Below, piece after piece: positions 1-10,456 of a stretch of DNA of 64,000 bases. Source of the DNA: Bacteroidales bacterium (GTDB lineage: Bacteria; Bacteroidota; Bacteroidia; Bacteroidales; JAHJDW01). The stretch covers positions 34,461-98,460 of the forward strand of contig JBAZBZ010000007.1 in assembly GCA_041671145.1 (NCBI GenBank). Reading direction: 5' to 3'. Below the pieces are notes generated by a model that saw only the letters and a list, made by a program, of their open reading frames with translations, made no database searches and had not been told where the DNA came from. A program made the position numbers and the translations under genes. How positions within the stretch are numbered: position 1 is the first letter of the stretch; the number at the start of each line of letters is the position of its first letter.

Positions 1-674
1 TGCTTTATTTTTGGAATTTCGGAAATGGTATTACATCTGCTCAAATGAGTCCATCATATATATATAATGATGCCGGAAATTATAATGTAACACTTACAAT
101 AAAATATCCTAAAACAAAAAGAACATCAACATCCGGTCTTGCTGTTGTAGTTAAAGCATCGCCGAATGCTGAATTCACATGGGCGGTTAACGATGGCAAA
201 TACTCTTTCAGTCCTAATAACAGGAACTCTGATAAATACATATGGAACTTCGGTGATGCCGGAAATTCTGATGAGTTGTATCCCGAACATCAATTTGTTA
301 CAAACGGCAGCTATAATGTTCAGCTTACTGTAACTAATGGCAACGGATGTTCTGTAAATAGTTTAAAGAAAGTAGATGTAAAAATAAAATTGTTTAGAAT
401 GGCAAATGCTTTTTCACCCAACGGTGATGGGTTAAATGATAAAATAGGACCTGAAGGAAATTTGTCTAACTACGAATTTAGAATGAGAATTTTCGATAGC
501 AGAACAGGAAATAAGGTATTTGAAACAACAGATTTTACAAAGAAATGGGATGGAATAATACAAAATAATGGGCAAAAAGCTGCACCTGGTCTTTATGTTT
601 GGGAAGTAATTTTAAAAGACCAAAATGGAAACATCAACCCGCCAGAAAGAGGTACCATAACACTATTACCATAA
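1..674 (+). CDS. Secreted PKD-repeat protein with T9SS type-B (gliding-motility CHU_C-like) C-terminal sorting domain; 5' end cut by the window edge
   Basis: Frame stays open back to base 3 (LYFWNFGNGITSAQ...). Two W-N-F-G-x-x-G ... Y-N-V-x-L-T-V PKD-type repeats. C-terminal FSPNGDGLND ... WDG ... GLYVWE block typical of Bacteroidota type-B sorting domains. Confidence 0.7.
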   Translation, partial: LYFWNFGNGITSAQMSPSYIYNDAGNYNVTLTIKYPKTKRTSTSGLAVVVKASPNAEFTWAVNDGKYSFSPNNRNSDKYIWNFGDAGNSDELYPEHQFVTNGSYNVQLTVTNGNGCSVNSLKKVDVKIKLFRMANAFSPNGDGLNDKIGPEGNLSNYEFRMRIFDSRTGNKVFETTDFTKKWDGIIQNNGQKAAPGLYVWEVILKDQNGNINPPERGTITLLP

Positions 675-710
675 TGAATCTTTTTTCACTTTCAATACAT
701 ATAATTAGTC

Positions 711-740
711 AGAAGCCCCGTTTTTTCGGGGCTTCTTTTT
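711..740 (+). terminator. Rho-independent terminator after the PKD/T9SS gene
   Basis: Perfect 10-bp GC-rich stem AGAAGCCCCG (711-720) / CGGGGCTTCT (727-736) with a T6 loop, followed by a T-run. Confidence 0.75.
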
Positions 741-847
741 AGTTATTTTTCTTTTGTAAATTTTTTTTGGGGTTCTAAAACTTTCCTGCGAATTCTCAAA
801 AATCCCATACAAATTCTAAAAAGTGTTTTCCTGTATATTTTATTTTT

Positions 848-855
848 TAAATTTG
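848..855 (+). promoter_or_regulatory. Bacteroidota-type -7 promoter box (TAnnTTTG)
   Basis: TAAATTTG lies 21 nt upstream of the GTG start at 876. Confidence 0.4.
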
Positions 856-875
856 CAGTCGAAAAAATAAATTAA

Positions 876-3038
876 GTGGAAAATTACGAATTCGATTTAG
901 CTTATGAATTGGTTGAGAACACCGGCAAATCTCTTTTTCTTACAGGGAAAGCAGGTACGGGAAAAACTACATTTTTAAAATACGTTGCAAATAAATCAAA
1001 AAAGAAATTAATTATTGTAGCACCAACCGGTGTTGCTGCCATTAATGCAGGTGGAGTTACCATTCATTCAATGTTTAATTTGCCTTTGCTGAGTTTCATC
1101 CCATCAAATGATTTTGTTGACCCGAATATAGCAATTAACAGAAATGAATTAATAAAACATTTTCATTACAGCAAAGAAAAACTCAATGTGCTTGTTAAAT
1201 TGGAATTGATGATTATTGATGAGGTAAGCATGGTAAGAGCCGACATGCTCGATGCCGTTGATATTGCGTTGCAATTTGCAAGAAGAAACAAAAAGCCATT
1301 TGGCGGAGTTCAGGTTCTTTTTATTGGCGATATGTTTCAATTGCCGCCTGTTATTAAGGATGAAACAAAAGAAATTCTGGATAAATATTATAAGAGTCCT
1401 TACTTTTTCGATAGTTTGGTTTTAACCGAGAATCCTCCTGTAAGCATTGAATTGCTTAAAGTTTACAGGCAGGAAGATGAAAATTTCATCAATATATTAA
1501 ATAAAATCAGACATCAGGAATACGATAAAGAAGCATTTGATATGCTGCATTTAAGGTACAATCCAACATTTGAACCCAAAGAGAACGGTTATATTTATTT
1601 AACAACTCACAATGCCACTGTTGACCGCATTAATCAAACTCAACTCGAAAAAATAAAATCACGAGCATATTTTTTTGATGCCGAAATTTCAGGTGATTTC
1701 AGAGAAAATATGTATCCGAATGACAAAAGAATTATTTTAAAAGTCGGGGCACAAGTAATGTTTATTAGAAACGACATGGGTGTTTCAAAAAAATATTTTA
1801 ATGGGAAAATGGCAACCGTAACATATTTAACTGACGATATTATAAAAGTTAAATTTGAAAATGAAAGTGATGATTATATTGTAGGAAAAGTTGAATGGGA
1901 AAATAAACAATACTTTGTTGATAAAGAAACAAACGAAATAAAAGATGATGTTATGGGAATTTTTTGTCAATATCCTATTCGTTTGGCATGGGCTGCAACC
2001 ATTCATAAAAGTCAGGGCTTAACTTTCGACAAGGCAATAATTGATGCCGGACGTTCATTTGCACCCGGTCAGGTTTACGTTGCTTTAAGCCGTTGCAGAA
2101 CGTTGGAGGGAATTACTTTAAAATCAAGAATAAATCAGGATGTAATATTTTCCGATGATGCAATAAATTCATTTCAGGATGAATTGTGGAATTTGAGTGC
2201 GATACAAGAAATTATTGAGAAAGAAAAATTGCCATATAGCTTGGAAAAAATATATAAAGCTATTAATATGCAAAATCTGATTTATGGTTTTATGGAGTGG
2301 AACAAAGTAATTGCCGAGAAAAAAATTCCCGATAGAGAAAAGGTGTTTGAATTATGTAAAAACATCAGTGATTCGTTAAGCGAATTAAGTGATGTCGAAC
2401 AAAAGTTTGTTAAGCGATTGAAAGAAATGTATGACAGCCATGAAAAAAAAGAAATTACATGGCAGCAAATTGAAGATAGATGTGTGAAAGGAATAGAATA
2501 TTTTGTAAAATTATTAAATGAAAAAGTTTTATTTCCATTTGAACAGCACGGGGAATCAATAAAGAAAGCAAAAAAAATAAAAGGATATCTGAAAATTGTA
2601 ACAGGACTTAAAGCGGAAACAACAGGAAAAATAAAACAATTAAAAGAACTTTATCTTTTAGAGAAAAAATTATACACTTCAAAACCTGAAGATGAACAAA
2701 AAAATATTGTCAAAACCAAAGAAGAAACTGAAAAAGAAAAACTATCAACTTACGACATAACATTTGCTTTATTGGAAGAAGGCAAAAGCATTGAAGAAGT
2801 TGCGGAAGAAAGACACATGGCAACGGGAACCATATATTCTCATGTTTCAAAATTAATATTGGAAGAAAAAATAATTGCTGCGAAATATATTGAGCAGGAA
2901 CGCCTTGATACAATTTTGAATATCATAAAACAACAGGAAAAACCATCGTTGAAAGCTATTAAGGAAAGTTTGGATGAAACTTTTTCTTATGGAGAAATAA
3001 ATATTGCAAGTGCTGAATTTTACAGAACAAAATCGTAA
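876..3038 (+). CDS. PIF1/RecD-like superfamily-1 DNA helicase with C-terminal helix-turn-helix extension
   Basis: Walker A GKAGTGKTT and Walker B IIDEVSM. Motifs FIGDMFQLPPV, TIHKSQGLTF and VALSRCR are typical of the PIF1/RecD (AAA_30/UvrD_C_2) architecture. GTG start. Confidence 0.8.
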   Translation: MENYEFDLAYELVENTGKSLFLTGKAGTGKTTFLKYVANKSKKKLIIVAPTGVAAINAGGVTIHSMFNLPLLSFIPSNDFVDPNIAINRNELIKHFHYSKEKLNVLVKLELMIIDEVSMVRADMLDAVDIALQFARRNKKPFGGVQVLFIGDMFQLPPVIKDETKEILDKYYKSPYFFDSLVLTENPPVSIELLKVYRQEDENFINILNKIRHQEYDKEAFDMLHLRYNPTFEPKENGYIYLTTHNATVDRINQTQLEKIKSRAYFFDAEISGDFRENMYPNDKRIILKVGAQVMFIRNDMGVSKKYFNGKMATVTYLTDDIIKVKFENESDDYIVGKVEWENKQYFVDKETNEIKDDVMGIFCQYPIRLAWAATIHKSQGLTFDKAIIDAGRSFAPGQVYVALSRCRTLEGITLKSRINQDVIFSDDAINSFQDELWNLSAIQEIIEKEKLPYSLEKIYKAINMQNLIYGFMEWNKVIAEKKIPDREKVFELCKNISDSLSELSDVEQKFVKRLKEMYDSHEKKEITWQQIEDRCVKGIEYFVKLLNEKVLFPFEQHGESIKKAKKIKGYLKIVTGLKAETTGKIKQLKELYLLEKKLYTSKPEDEQKNIVKTKEETEKEKLSTYDITFALLEEGKSIEEVAEERHMATGTIYSHVSKLILEEKIIAAKYIEQERLDTILNIIKQQEKPSLKAIKESLDETFSYGEINIASAEFYRTKS

Positions 3039-3068
3039 AGTCAATTTATTAAGATAATTATTTATAAT

Positions 3069-4598
3069 ATGGCAAGCATTGATTTATCATTAGCAGATTG
3101 GTCGAGGGCGCAATTTGCGTTAACAGCCATTTATCACTGGTTGTTTGTTCCGTTAACACTTGGTTTATCAGTGATAATGGCATTAATGGAAACCATTTAT
3201 ATAAGAACAAAAAATCCCGAATGGAAAAGAATCACAAAATTCTGGATGTCTTTATTTACTGTAAATTTTGCAATTGGTATAGCAACAGGATTGATTTTAG
3301 AATTTGAATTCGGCACAAACTGGTCAAATTTTGCATGGTTCGTCGGAGATATTTTTGGTGCGCCATTGGCAATTGAAGGATTAGCAGCGTTTTTCCTTGA
3401 AGCTACTTTTTTTGTGGTAATGTTTTTCGGCTGGAATAAAGTTAGCAGAAAATTCCACTTGCTTTCAACATGGCTTGTTGCAATTGGTTCAAATTTATCT
3501 GCATTCTGGATTTTAGTTGCAAATGCCTGGATGCAATATCCTGTCGGCACAAAATTCAATATGGATACAGCTCGAAATGAAATGCAAAATTTTTGGGATG
3601 TTGCATTTTCCCCTGTTGCCAATGTAAAATTTATTCATACTGTTACTTCAGCTTTTGTTCTTGCTTCGGTTTTTGTTATCGGAGTTAGCGCATGGTATTT
3701 GTTAAGAAAAAGAGAGTTTTTTTTAGCAAAAAAAAGTATTTATATAGGAGCTGTTTTCGGATTATTATCATCGCTTATACTGGCTTTTACCGGAGATAAG
3801 TCTGCACAGCACGTTGCAAAATATCAGCCGATGAAACTTGCTGCAGTTGAAGGTTTATACCATGGACAAAAAGGTGCGGGACTTGTTGCTATCGGAATTT
3901 TAAATCCTAAAAAAAGATTTGATAATAACGAAAATGAATTTTTATTCATGCTGAGATTTCCAAAATTACTTTCATTGTTGAGTTTCCATGATAAAAATTC
4001 TTTTATTCCGGGAGTGAACGATTTAATAAATGGAAATATTGAAAACAGAATTATTCCTGCAAAAGAAAAAATTATACAAGGTAAAAATGCTGTTCTTGCG
4101 TTGGCAAATTATAAATATGCTGCAAAAAAAAACGACACGGATTTAATGAGTATTTATAAAAATGAATTTTATGAAAATTATAAAAACATTGGTTATGGCT
4201 ATGTTGACGAAGTAAAATATCTTGTACCAAATATTCCTTTTGTTTTTTACAGCTTTCATTTCATGGTTTATTTGGGAGTTTACTTTATGCTCTTTTTTGC
4301 ATTTATAATTTATCTGTCATACAAGAAAAATTTCGAAAAGCAAAAGTTGCTTTTACGAGTTGCTGTTTGGTCAATACCTTTGGCATATATTGCATCAATG
4401 CTTGGCTGGCTCGTTGCTGAAGTTGGTCGGCAGCCATGGGTGATTCAGGATATAATGACTACGAATGCTGCAACTTCAAATATACCGGTAAAATCGGTGC
4501 AAATAACTTTTGTGATTTTTGCAATTATTTTTACAATATTATTTATAGCAAATATTAAAATTTTAACGAATTTGATAAAACAAGGACCAAAAGAATAA
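3069..4598 (+). CDS. cydA: Cytochrome bd ubiquinol/menaquinol oxidase subunit I
   Basis: N-terminal LSRAQFALTAIYHWLFVPLTLG, a Q-loop region, and the GRQPW motif near the C-terminus. Followed by cydB. Confidence 0.9.
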   Translation: MASIDLSLADWSRAQFALTAIYHWLFVPLTLGLSVIMALMETIYIRTKNPEWKRITKFWMSLFTVNFAIGIATGLILEFEFGTNWSNFAWFVGDIFGAPLAIEGLAAFFLEATFFVVMFFGWNKVSRKFHLLSTWLVAIGSNLSAFWILVANAWMQYPVGTKFNMDTARNEMQNFWDVAFSPVANVKFIHTVTSAFVLASVFVIGVSAWYLLRKREFFLAKKSIYIGAVFGLLSSLILAFTGDKSAQHVAKYQPMKLAAVEGLYHGQKGAGLVAIGILNPKKRFDNNENEFLFMLRFPKLLSLLSFHDKNSFIPGVNDLINGNIENRIIPAKEKIIQGKNAVLALANYKYAAKKNDTDLMSIYKNEFYENYKNIGYGYVDEVKYLVPNIPFVFYSFHFMVYLGVYFMLFFAFIIYLSYKKNFEKQKLLLRVAVWSIPLAYIASMLGWLVAEVGRQPWVIQDIMTTNAATSNIPVKSVQITFVIFAIIFTILFIANIKILTNLIKQGPKE

Positions 4599-4674
4599 TG
4601 ATTTCTGGTTCTATTATATTTTGAGTTTGTAAAAATAAAAATGTCAAAGATTCACAGATAAAAAAAAGATTAAT

Positions 4675-5805
4675 ATGTTTGAAACAATGTCTTTGTACCA
4701 ACTACAGCAATACTGGTGGATAATAATTTCTTTGCTTAGCGGTATTTTTGTTTTTTTAATGTTTGTACAGGGAGGTCAAACATTTATGAAAACTCTTCCG
4801 CAAAACGAAGAAGAAAAAAAAATATTGATTAATTCACTCGGCAGAAAATGGGAATTAACTTTCACTACATTGGTAATGTTTGGCGGTGCTATGTTTGCTG
4901 CGTTTCCATTATTCTATGCAACAAGTTTTTCGGGAGCATACTGGCTATGGCTGCTGATTTTATTTTGTTTTATAATACAAGCTGTTTCTTATGAATTCAG
5001 AATAAAAAAAGGAAATTTTCTCGGACATAAAATATATGAAGGTTTTTTATTAATCAACGGATGCTTTGGAAGTTTTCTTATCGGAATTGTTGTTGCAACT
5101 TTTTTCAATGGCTCGGGATTTTCTCTTAATCAAAATAATATAGTACATTGGCAAAGCAGCATGCAGGGACTCGAATCAATTTTTAATGTTTTTAATTTGT
5201 GTTTGGGAGCAAGTGTTTTATGGTTAACCCGCTTGCTCGGTTTGATGTATTTTATAAATAATATTGAAAATGAAAAAATATTAGAAAAAGCTTTTAGAAA
5301 GCTTAAATTTAATACGGTTTTGTTTTTATTGTTTTTTCTTGCATTTATTTTTCAATTATATTTATTAAAAGGGTATGAAACGGACAGCCAGTTCTCCATT
5401 GTGTTTCTCGAAAAAAATAAATATTTTCACAATCTTGTTCAAATGCCTTTAATTGGCTTTTTATTTTTAACCGGAATTGTTTTGGTAATATCCGGGCTTG
5501 CAATTTCAATATTTAAAAAGTATAAAAATGGAATCTGGTTTTCGGGTATAGGAACAATTTTAACTGTGTTTGCATTAGTTGCTATCACAGGGTTAAATCA
5601 TACTGCTTTTTATCCGTCGAACTTCGATTTGCAAAGCTCATTGACAATCGCAAACAGTTCATCAAGCAAATATACTCTTGCTGTAATGGGTTATGTAACT
5701 CTTATAATTCCGATTGTCCTGATATATATATGGTATGTCTGGAAAAAAATGGATTCAAAAAGTATTAGTGGTGATGAAATAAAAGAAAATTCTGATACGT
5801 ATTAA
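4675..5805 (+). CDS. cydB: Cytochrome bd oxidase subunit II
   Basis: Polytopic 376-aa protein directly downstream of cydA. N-terminal LQQYWWIIISLL...GGQ pattern is typical of CydB. Confidence 0.85.
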   Translation: MFETMSLYQLQQYWWIIISLLSGIFVFLMFVQGGQTFMKTLPQNEEEKKILINSLGRKWELTFTTLVMFGGAMFAAFPLFYATSFSGAYWLWLLILFCFIIQAVSYEFRIKKGNFLGHKIYEGFLLINGCFGSFLIGIVVATFFNGSGFSLNQNNIVHWQSSMQGLESIFNVFNLCLGASVLWLTRLLGLMYFINNIENEKILEKAFRKLKFNTVLFLLFFLAFIFQLYLLKGYETDSQFSIVFLEKNKYFHNLVQMPLIGFLFLTGIVLVISGLAISIFKKYKNGIWFSGIGTILTVFALVAITGLNHTAFYPSNFDLQSSLTIANSSSSKYTLAVMGYVTLIIPIVLIYIWYVWKKMDSKSISGDEIKENSDTY

Positions 5806-5870
5806 CCACATTTGTTTTTTTCTCCTGCAATTATCAGAAAGGCAGATTAGGAAAATTCCTTTATATTCCT

Positions 5871-5878
5871 TACTTTTG
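5871..5878 (+). promoter_or_regulatory. -7 promoter box (TAnnTTTG)
   Basis: TACTTTTG in the 200-bp gap upstream of the EF-G gene. This would give a leader of about 125 nt. Confidence 0.35.
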
Positions 5879-6006
5879 CGCTTATTAGAAAACAACGTAG
5901 GTGTTAAAATCCGCAATAAACAAATAACCAGTAGTTAGCAGAAATACCCCTTTAGAAAAGTTTTCCGAGAAAAATAAATTTTAAGCGGAATAAATAAAAT
6001 TTTAAT

Positions 6007-8076
6007 ATGCCACTGAATAAATTAAGAAACATTGGAATTGCTGCTCATATCGACGCAGGCAAAACAACATTAACAGAAAGAATATTATTTTTTACAGGGG
6101 TTACAAGAAAAACCGGAGAAGTTCACAACGGAGAAGCAACCATGGATTTCATGAAACAGGAACAGGAGAGAGGTATTACCATTGCTTCGGCTGCAATTAC
6201 ATGTATATGGAAAAATTCGCAAATTAATTTAATTGACACTCCGGGACATGTTGATTTCACAATTGAAGTAGAAAGGTCGTTGAGAGTTATTGATGGAATG
6301 ATAGCTGTGTTTTGCGCAGTTGGAGGAGTTGAGCCACAATCGGAAACAGTATGGAGTCAGGCAGACAGATATAAAGTTCCGCGTATTGCTTTTGTAAATA
6401 AAATGGATAGAACAGGTGCTGATTTTTTTGATGTGGTTTCAATGATGAATAAAAATCTTGATGCTAAAGCTATTCCTTTTCAAATACCAATAGGCGAAGA
6501 AGAAAATTTTAATGGTTTTATAGATGTCCTCGAACGAAAAGCATATATATTTTCCGAAAACGAATCTTATGCAAACGAAGTTCCAATAGAATATAAAGAA
6601 AAATGCGAAGAAATAAGGTCATTAATAGTTGAGAAACTTGGCGACTACGATGAAGAAATAATGGAGCTTTTTATTAACGAAAAAGATATTCCCGCTGAAT
6701 TGCTCAGAAAAGCTGCAAGAGTTACAACTCTTAAACTTATGATAACACCCGTATTTTGCGGAGCGGCATATAAAAACAAAGGAATTAAGCAATTGCTTGA
6801 TGCAGTTGTTGACTATTTGCCTTCACCTGTTGATGTGGGAGCTGTTATCGGAATTGATGTTGATGACCCCGAAAAAACACGCTCGCGTAATCCTTCTATA
6901 AAAGAACCTTTTGCTGCACTTGCTTTTAAAGTAATAAATGACCCGTTTGTTGGTCAGCAAAATTTCATAAGAATATATTCGGGTATTCTTAAAGGTGGCA
7001 TGCAGGTTTTGAATTCCACAAAAGATAAACACGAAAGAATTGGAAGATTTTTTAAAATACATGCAAAAGACAGAGTGGAGATATATGAAGCCGGACCCGG
7101 TGATATTGTTGCACTCGTTGGAATGAAATATACTAAAACAGGCGATACTTTGTGTGATAGCGAACATAAATTGCATTTAGAATCAATACATGTACCACCT
7201 TCTGTTATTGAACTTAAAATAACTCCGGCAGAACAAAAAGATAAAAGTAAACTTGGAGAATCATTGCATAAACTAACAAATGAAGACCCATCTTTCTGCG
7301 TAAGATATGATGAAGAAACGTGTGAAACAATAATTGCAGGAATGGGTGAGTTACATCTGGAAATATTAATTGACCGGCTTAAACATGAATTTGGCGTTGA
7401 TGTTGTTGTTGGCGAACCGTCAGTTTCGTACAGGGAAACAATAACTCAGGAAATAGAATGTGAATATAAACATGCAAAACAATCAGGTGGTAAAGGACAA
7501 TTTGCTCAAACAGAAATGCGCATAGAACCTAATATGGGAAAAGGATATGAGTTCATTGATAAAATAAAGGGAGGAGCAATACCGGCAGAATATGTTACTT
7601 CTGTTAATAAAGGAATCATGAAAACTTTAGAAGCAGGGGTTCTTGCCGGCTTTCCTGTTGTTGATGTTAAAGTTACATTGATTGATGGAAAGTATCATCC
7701 GGTTGATTCATCTGACATGGCTTTTCAGCTTTGTGCTTCCAAATGTTTTAAACGTGGTTTTTTAAAAGCAAATCCAATACTTCTTGAGCCAATAATGAAA
7801 ATAGAAATTAATACTCCCGATGAACACATAGGCGATATATCCGGAAATCTAAACAAACGAAGAGGCAGAATTGAAGCAATGCGAAGATTTAGAAAAGGTG
7901 CACAAAAATTAAATGGTTTCGTTCCTCTTATGGAAATGTTCGGATATGCAACACAGTTGCGAAATATTTCGAGCGGAAGAGCAAACTATTCAATGGAATT
8001 TTTTAATTATTTGCCTATACCAAAATCCGTACAAGATGAAGTTATAGAGAAAATTGAGAAAAAAAAGGAAAAGTAA
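6007..8076 (+). CDS. fusA: Elongation factor G family GTPase, probably a stand-alone paralogue (not in an rpsL-rpsG-fusA context)
   Basis: G1 [10 protein letters not shown]3 DTPGHVDF, G4 NKMDR, and EF-G domains II-V visible (e.g. [17 protein letters not shown]). No ribosomal protein genes are adjacent. Confidence 0.85.
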   Translation: MPLNKLRNIGIAAHIDAGKTTLTERILFFTGVTRKTGEVHNGEATMDFMKQEQERGITIASAAITCIWKNSQINLIDTPGHVDFTIEVERSLRVIDGMIAVFCAVGGVEPQSETVWSQADRYKVPRIAFVNKMDRTGADFFDVVSMMNKNLDAKAIPFQIPIGEEENFNGFIDVLERKAYIFSENESYANEVPIEYKEKCEEIRSLIVEKLGDYDEEIMELFINEKDIPAELLRKAARVTTLKLMITPVFCGAAYKNKGIKQLLDAVVDYLPSPVDVGAVIGIDVDDPEKTRSRNPSIKEPFAALAFKVINDPFVGQQNFIRIYSGILKGGMQVLNSTKDKHERIGRFFKIHAKDRVEIYEAGPGDIVALVGMKYTKTGDTLCDSEHKLHLESIHVPPSVIELKITPAEQKDKSKLGESLHKLTNEDPSFCVRYDEETCETIIAGMGELHLEILIDRLKHEFGVDVVVGEPSVSYRETITQEIECEYKHAKQSGGKGQFAQTEMRIEPNMGKGYEFIDKIKGGAIPAEYVTSVNKGIMKTLEAGVLAGFPVVDVKVTLIDGKYHPVDSSDMAFQLCASKCFKRGFLKANPILLEPIMKIEINTPDEHIGDISGNLNKRRGRIEAMRRFRKGAQKLNGFVPLMEMFGYATQLRNISSGRANYSMEFFNYLPIPKSVQDEVIEKIEKKKEK

Positions 8077-8259
8077 AAATCTGAAATCATCCTGCTTTGG
8101 CTGTTAGTTGCTTGATGTTTGCAAATTATATTAATATTATTTTCAAACCGACAAACATTTTTTATAAAATTCTTATTTTAGTAATATGATACTTCTGTAA
8201 GTTTATAAATAATATTATAATTTTACTTTATAAATCTTAAAATTTCCAACGATTTTTTT

Positions 8260-10383
8260 ATGGCTCAGAAACATGTTGAAATAATATCAAAACAATTAAA
8301 CCTAAGTAAAGAACACGTAAATAAAACTATTGAATTGTTCGAAGGCGGAGCAACTATACCATTTATCAGCAGGTATAGAAAAGAACAAACCGGAAGCATG
8401 GATGAGGTTACGGTTGCGGCAGTTAAAAACTTAATGGAAAAACTTATTGAAATTGATAAACGTCGTGAAACCATTATTAATTCAATAGAAGAACAAGGAA
8501 AGATGACTGATGAGTTAAAACAGAAATTAACTGAAAGTTATGTTTTATCGGAGCTTGAAGATATTTATCTGCCATATAAACAAAAACGTAAAACCAAAGC
8601 AAGTATAGCGAAAGAAAAAGGACTTGAGCCTTTGGCAATTGCTATTATGAATCAATTAGAGAAAGATATAAATTCTTTTGCCGGAAAATTCATTAATGAT
8701 AAAGTTGAAACTATTGAAGAAGCATTGCAAGGAGCCAGAGATATAATTGCCGAATTGATAAATGAAGATTTAAAAGCAAGAGATTCTATTCGCAGGTTGT
8801 TTATTAATGAAGCAAAAATATATTCGAAAGTAATTAAAGGTAAAGAAACAGATGGTGTTAAATTTATAGATTATTTTGATTACAACGAATTGCTTAAAAG
8901 TTGTCCATCGCACAGATATATGGCTATGTGCAGAGGAAATGAAGATGAAATACTAAGAGTTTCGGTTGAACCGGAAGAAGAAAAAGCTATTAAAATATTA
9001 GAAAATATTTTTATTAAATCTTCAAATGAATGTTCAAAACATTTGAAGAAAGCAATTACAGATTCATATAAACGACTTTTATATCCATCAATAGAAAATG
9101 AAATTAAAGCAATAACAAAAGAAAAAGCAGATGATGAAGCAATAATCGTATTTACCGAAAATCTTCGTCAGTTGTTGCTTGCACCGCCTTTGGGGCAAAA
9201 GAGAGTTCTGGCAATTGACCCTGGATTTAGAACAGGTTGCAAAGTTGTATGCTTAGATGCACAAGGAACATTGATGCACAACGCAACCATATATCCTCAT
9301 CCACCGCAAAAAGAAACAGGAGCTGCCGCAGCAAAAATAAATCAACTTGTGAATGCATATAAAATAGATGCAATCGCAATTGGCAACGGCACAGCAGGTC
9401 GCGAAACAGAAACATTTATAAAGAAAGTGAAATTTGAACGCGACATAAAAGTTTTTGTTGTAAGCGAGAATGGCGCATCTGTTTATTCCGCCTCGTCGGT
9501 TGCCAGAGAAGAATTTCCTGAGTATGATGTAACCGTTAGGGGCTCTGTTTCTATTGGAAGAAGATTGATGGACCCGTTGGCTGAACTTGTTAAAATAGAT
9601 GCTAAGTCAATAGGTGTGGGGCAATATCAACATGATGTTGACCAAACAAAACTTAAAAATAGTTTGGACCAGGTTGTAACGCTTTGTGTTAACAAGGTTG
9701 GTGTTAATTTGAATACTGCCAGCAAACAACTGCTGACTTATGTTTCGGGTTTAGGATCGGTTTTGGCTCAAAATATAATTGATTATAAAAAAGAAAAAGG
9801 AGTTTTTAAATCGAGAAAAGAACTTATGAAAGTTGCCCGTATGGGCGATAAGGCATTTGAGCAATGTGCCGGTTTTCTTCGCATTCCCGATGCCAAAAAT
9901 TTATTGGATAATAGTGCCGTTCATCCCGAAAGATATAAATTGGTTGAGAAAATGGCATCTGACCTTAATACAACTGTTGATGTTCTTTTGAAAGATGATG
10001 CTGTTCGTTCAAAAATAGATATTAATAAATATGTTTCTGATGAAATTGGTTTGCCAACACTTCGGGATATTATTCAGGAGCTTGCAAAACCCGGAAGAGA
10101 CCCGCGTGAAACCATTAAGGTGTTTGAATTTAATCCAAATGTTCATTCGGTTAAAGACCTCGTTGTTGGCATGACATTGCCCGGAATTGTTACAAACATA
10201 ACTCGTTTCGGTTGTTTTGTTGATGTCGGTGTTCATCAGGACGGTCTTGTTCATATTTCACAACTTGCAGATAAATTTGTTTCCGACCCGAATGAAATTG
10301 TAAAATTGCATCAGCATGTTAAAGTAAAAGTTTTAGAAGTTGATGAGGAAAGAAAGAGAATACAATTGTCTATGAAAATTTAA
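8260..10383 (+). CDS. tex: Tex-like transcription accessory protein (YqgF/HHH/S1 domains)
   Basis: N-terminal TIPFISRYRKE motif, YqgF-like LAIDPGFRTGCK, and a C-terminal S1 domain (GIVTNITRFGCFVDVGVHQDGLVHISQL). Confidence 0.9.
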   Translation: MAQKHVEIISKQLNLSKEHVNKTIELFEGGATIPFISRYRKEQTGSMDEVTVAAVKNLMEKLIEIDKRRETIINSIEEQGKMTDELKQKLTESYVLSELEDIYLPYKQKRKTKASIAKEKGLEPLAIAIMNQLEKDINSFAGKFINDKVETIEEALQGARDIIAELINEDLKARDSIRRLFINEAKIYSKVIKGKETDGVKFIDYFDYNELLKSCPSHRYMAMCRGNEDEILRVSVEPEEEKAIKILENIFIKSSNECSKHLKKAITDSYKRLLYPSIENEIKAITKEKADDEAIIVFTENLRQLLLAPPLGQKRVLAIDPGFRTGCKVVCLDAQGTLMHNATIYPHPPQKETGAAAAKINQLVNAYKIDAIAIGNGTAGRETETFIKKVKFERDIKVFVVSENGASVYSASSVAREEFPEYDVTVRGSVSIGRRLMDPLAELVKIDAKSIGVGQYQHDVDQTKLKNSLDQVVTLCVNKVGVNLNTASKQLLTYVSGLGSVLAQNIIDYKKEKGVFKSRKELMKVARMGDKAFEQCAGFLRIPDAKNLLDNSAVHPERYKLVEKMASDLNTTVDVLLKDDAVRSKIDINKYVSDEIGLPTLRDIIQELAKPGRDPRETIKVFEFNPNVHSVKDLVVGMTLPGIVTNITRFGCFVDVGVHQDGLVHISQLADKFVSDPNEIVKLHQHVKVKVLEVDEERKRIQLSMKI

Positions 10384-10389
10384 AAAGCT

Positions 10390-10439
10390 GCCACAGATTC
10401 ACAGATTATAAAAAAGTTTTTTTTCTGTGAATCTGTGGC
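10390..10439. terminator. Bidirectional terminator hairpin between the convergent tex and ABC-F genes
   Basis: Perfect 16-bp inverted repeat GCCACAGATTCACAGA (10390-10405) / TCTGTGAATCTGTGGC (10424-10439). The loop is A/T-rich and T-runs are present on both strands. Confidence 0.75.
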
Positions 10440-10456
10440 AATTTTAAGATTACAGA

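Noticed and set aside
3197-3622. 141-aa minus-strand ORF (and 3098-3307 on the plus strand)
   Set aside because: Both overlap cydA, whose frame carries the conserved cytochrome bd motifs.
6007-8076. EF-G-like gene, considered as a Tet(Q)/Tet(M)-type ribosomal protection protein
   Set aside because: Its length (689 aa) and EF-G-specific blocks ([28 protein letters not shown]) fit EF-G proper. There is no resistance-element context.
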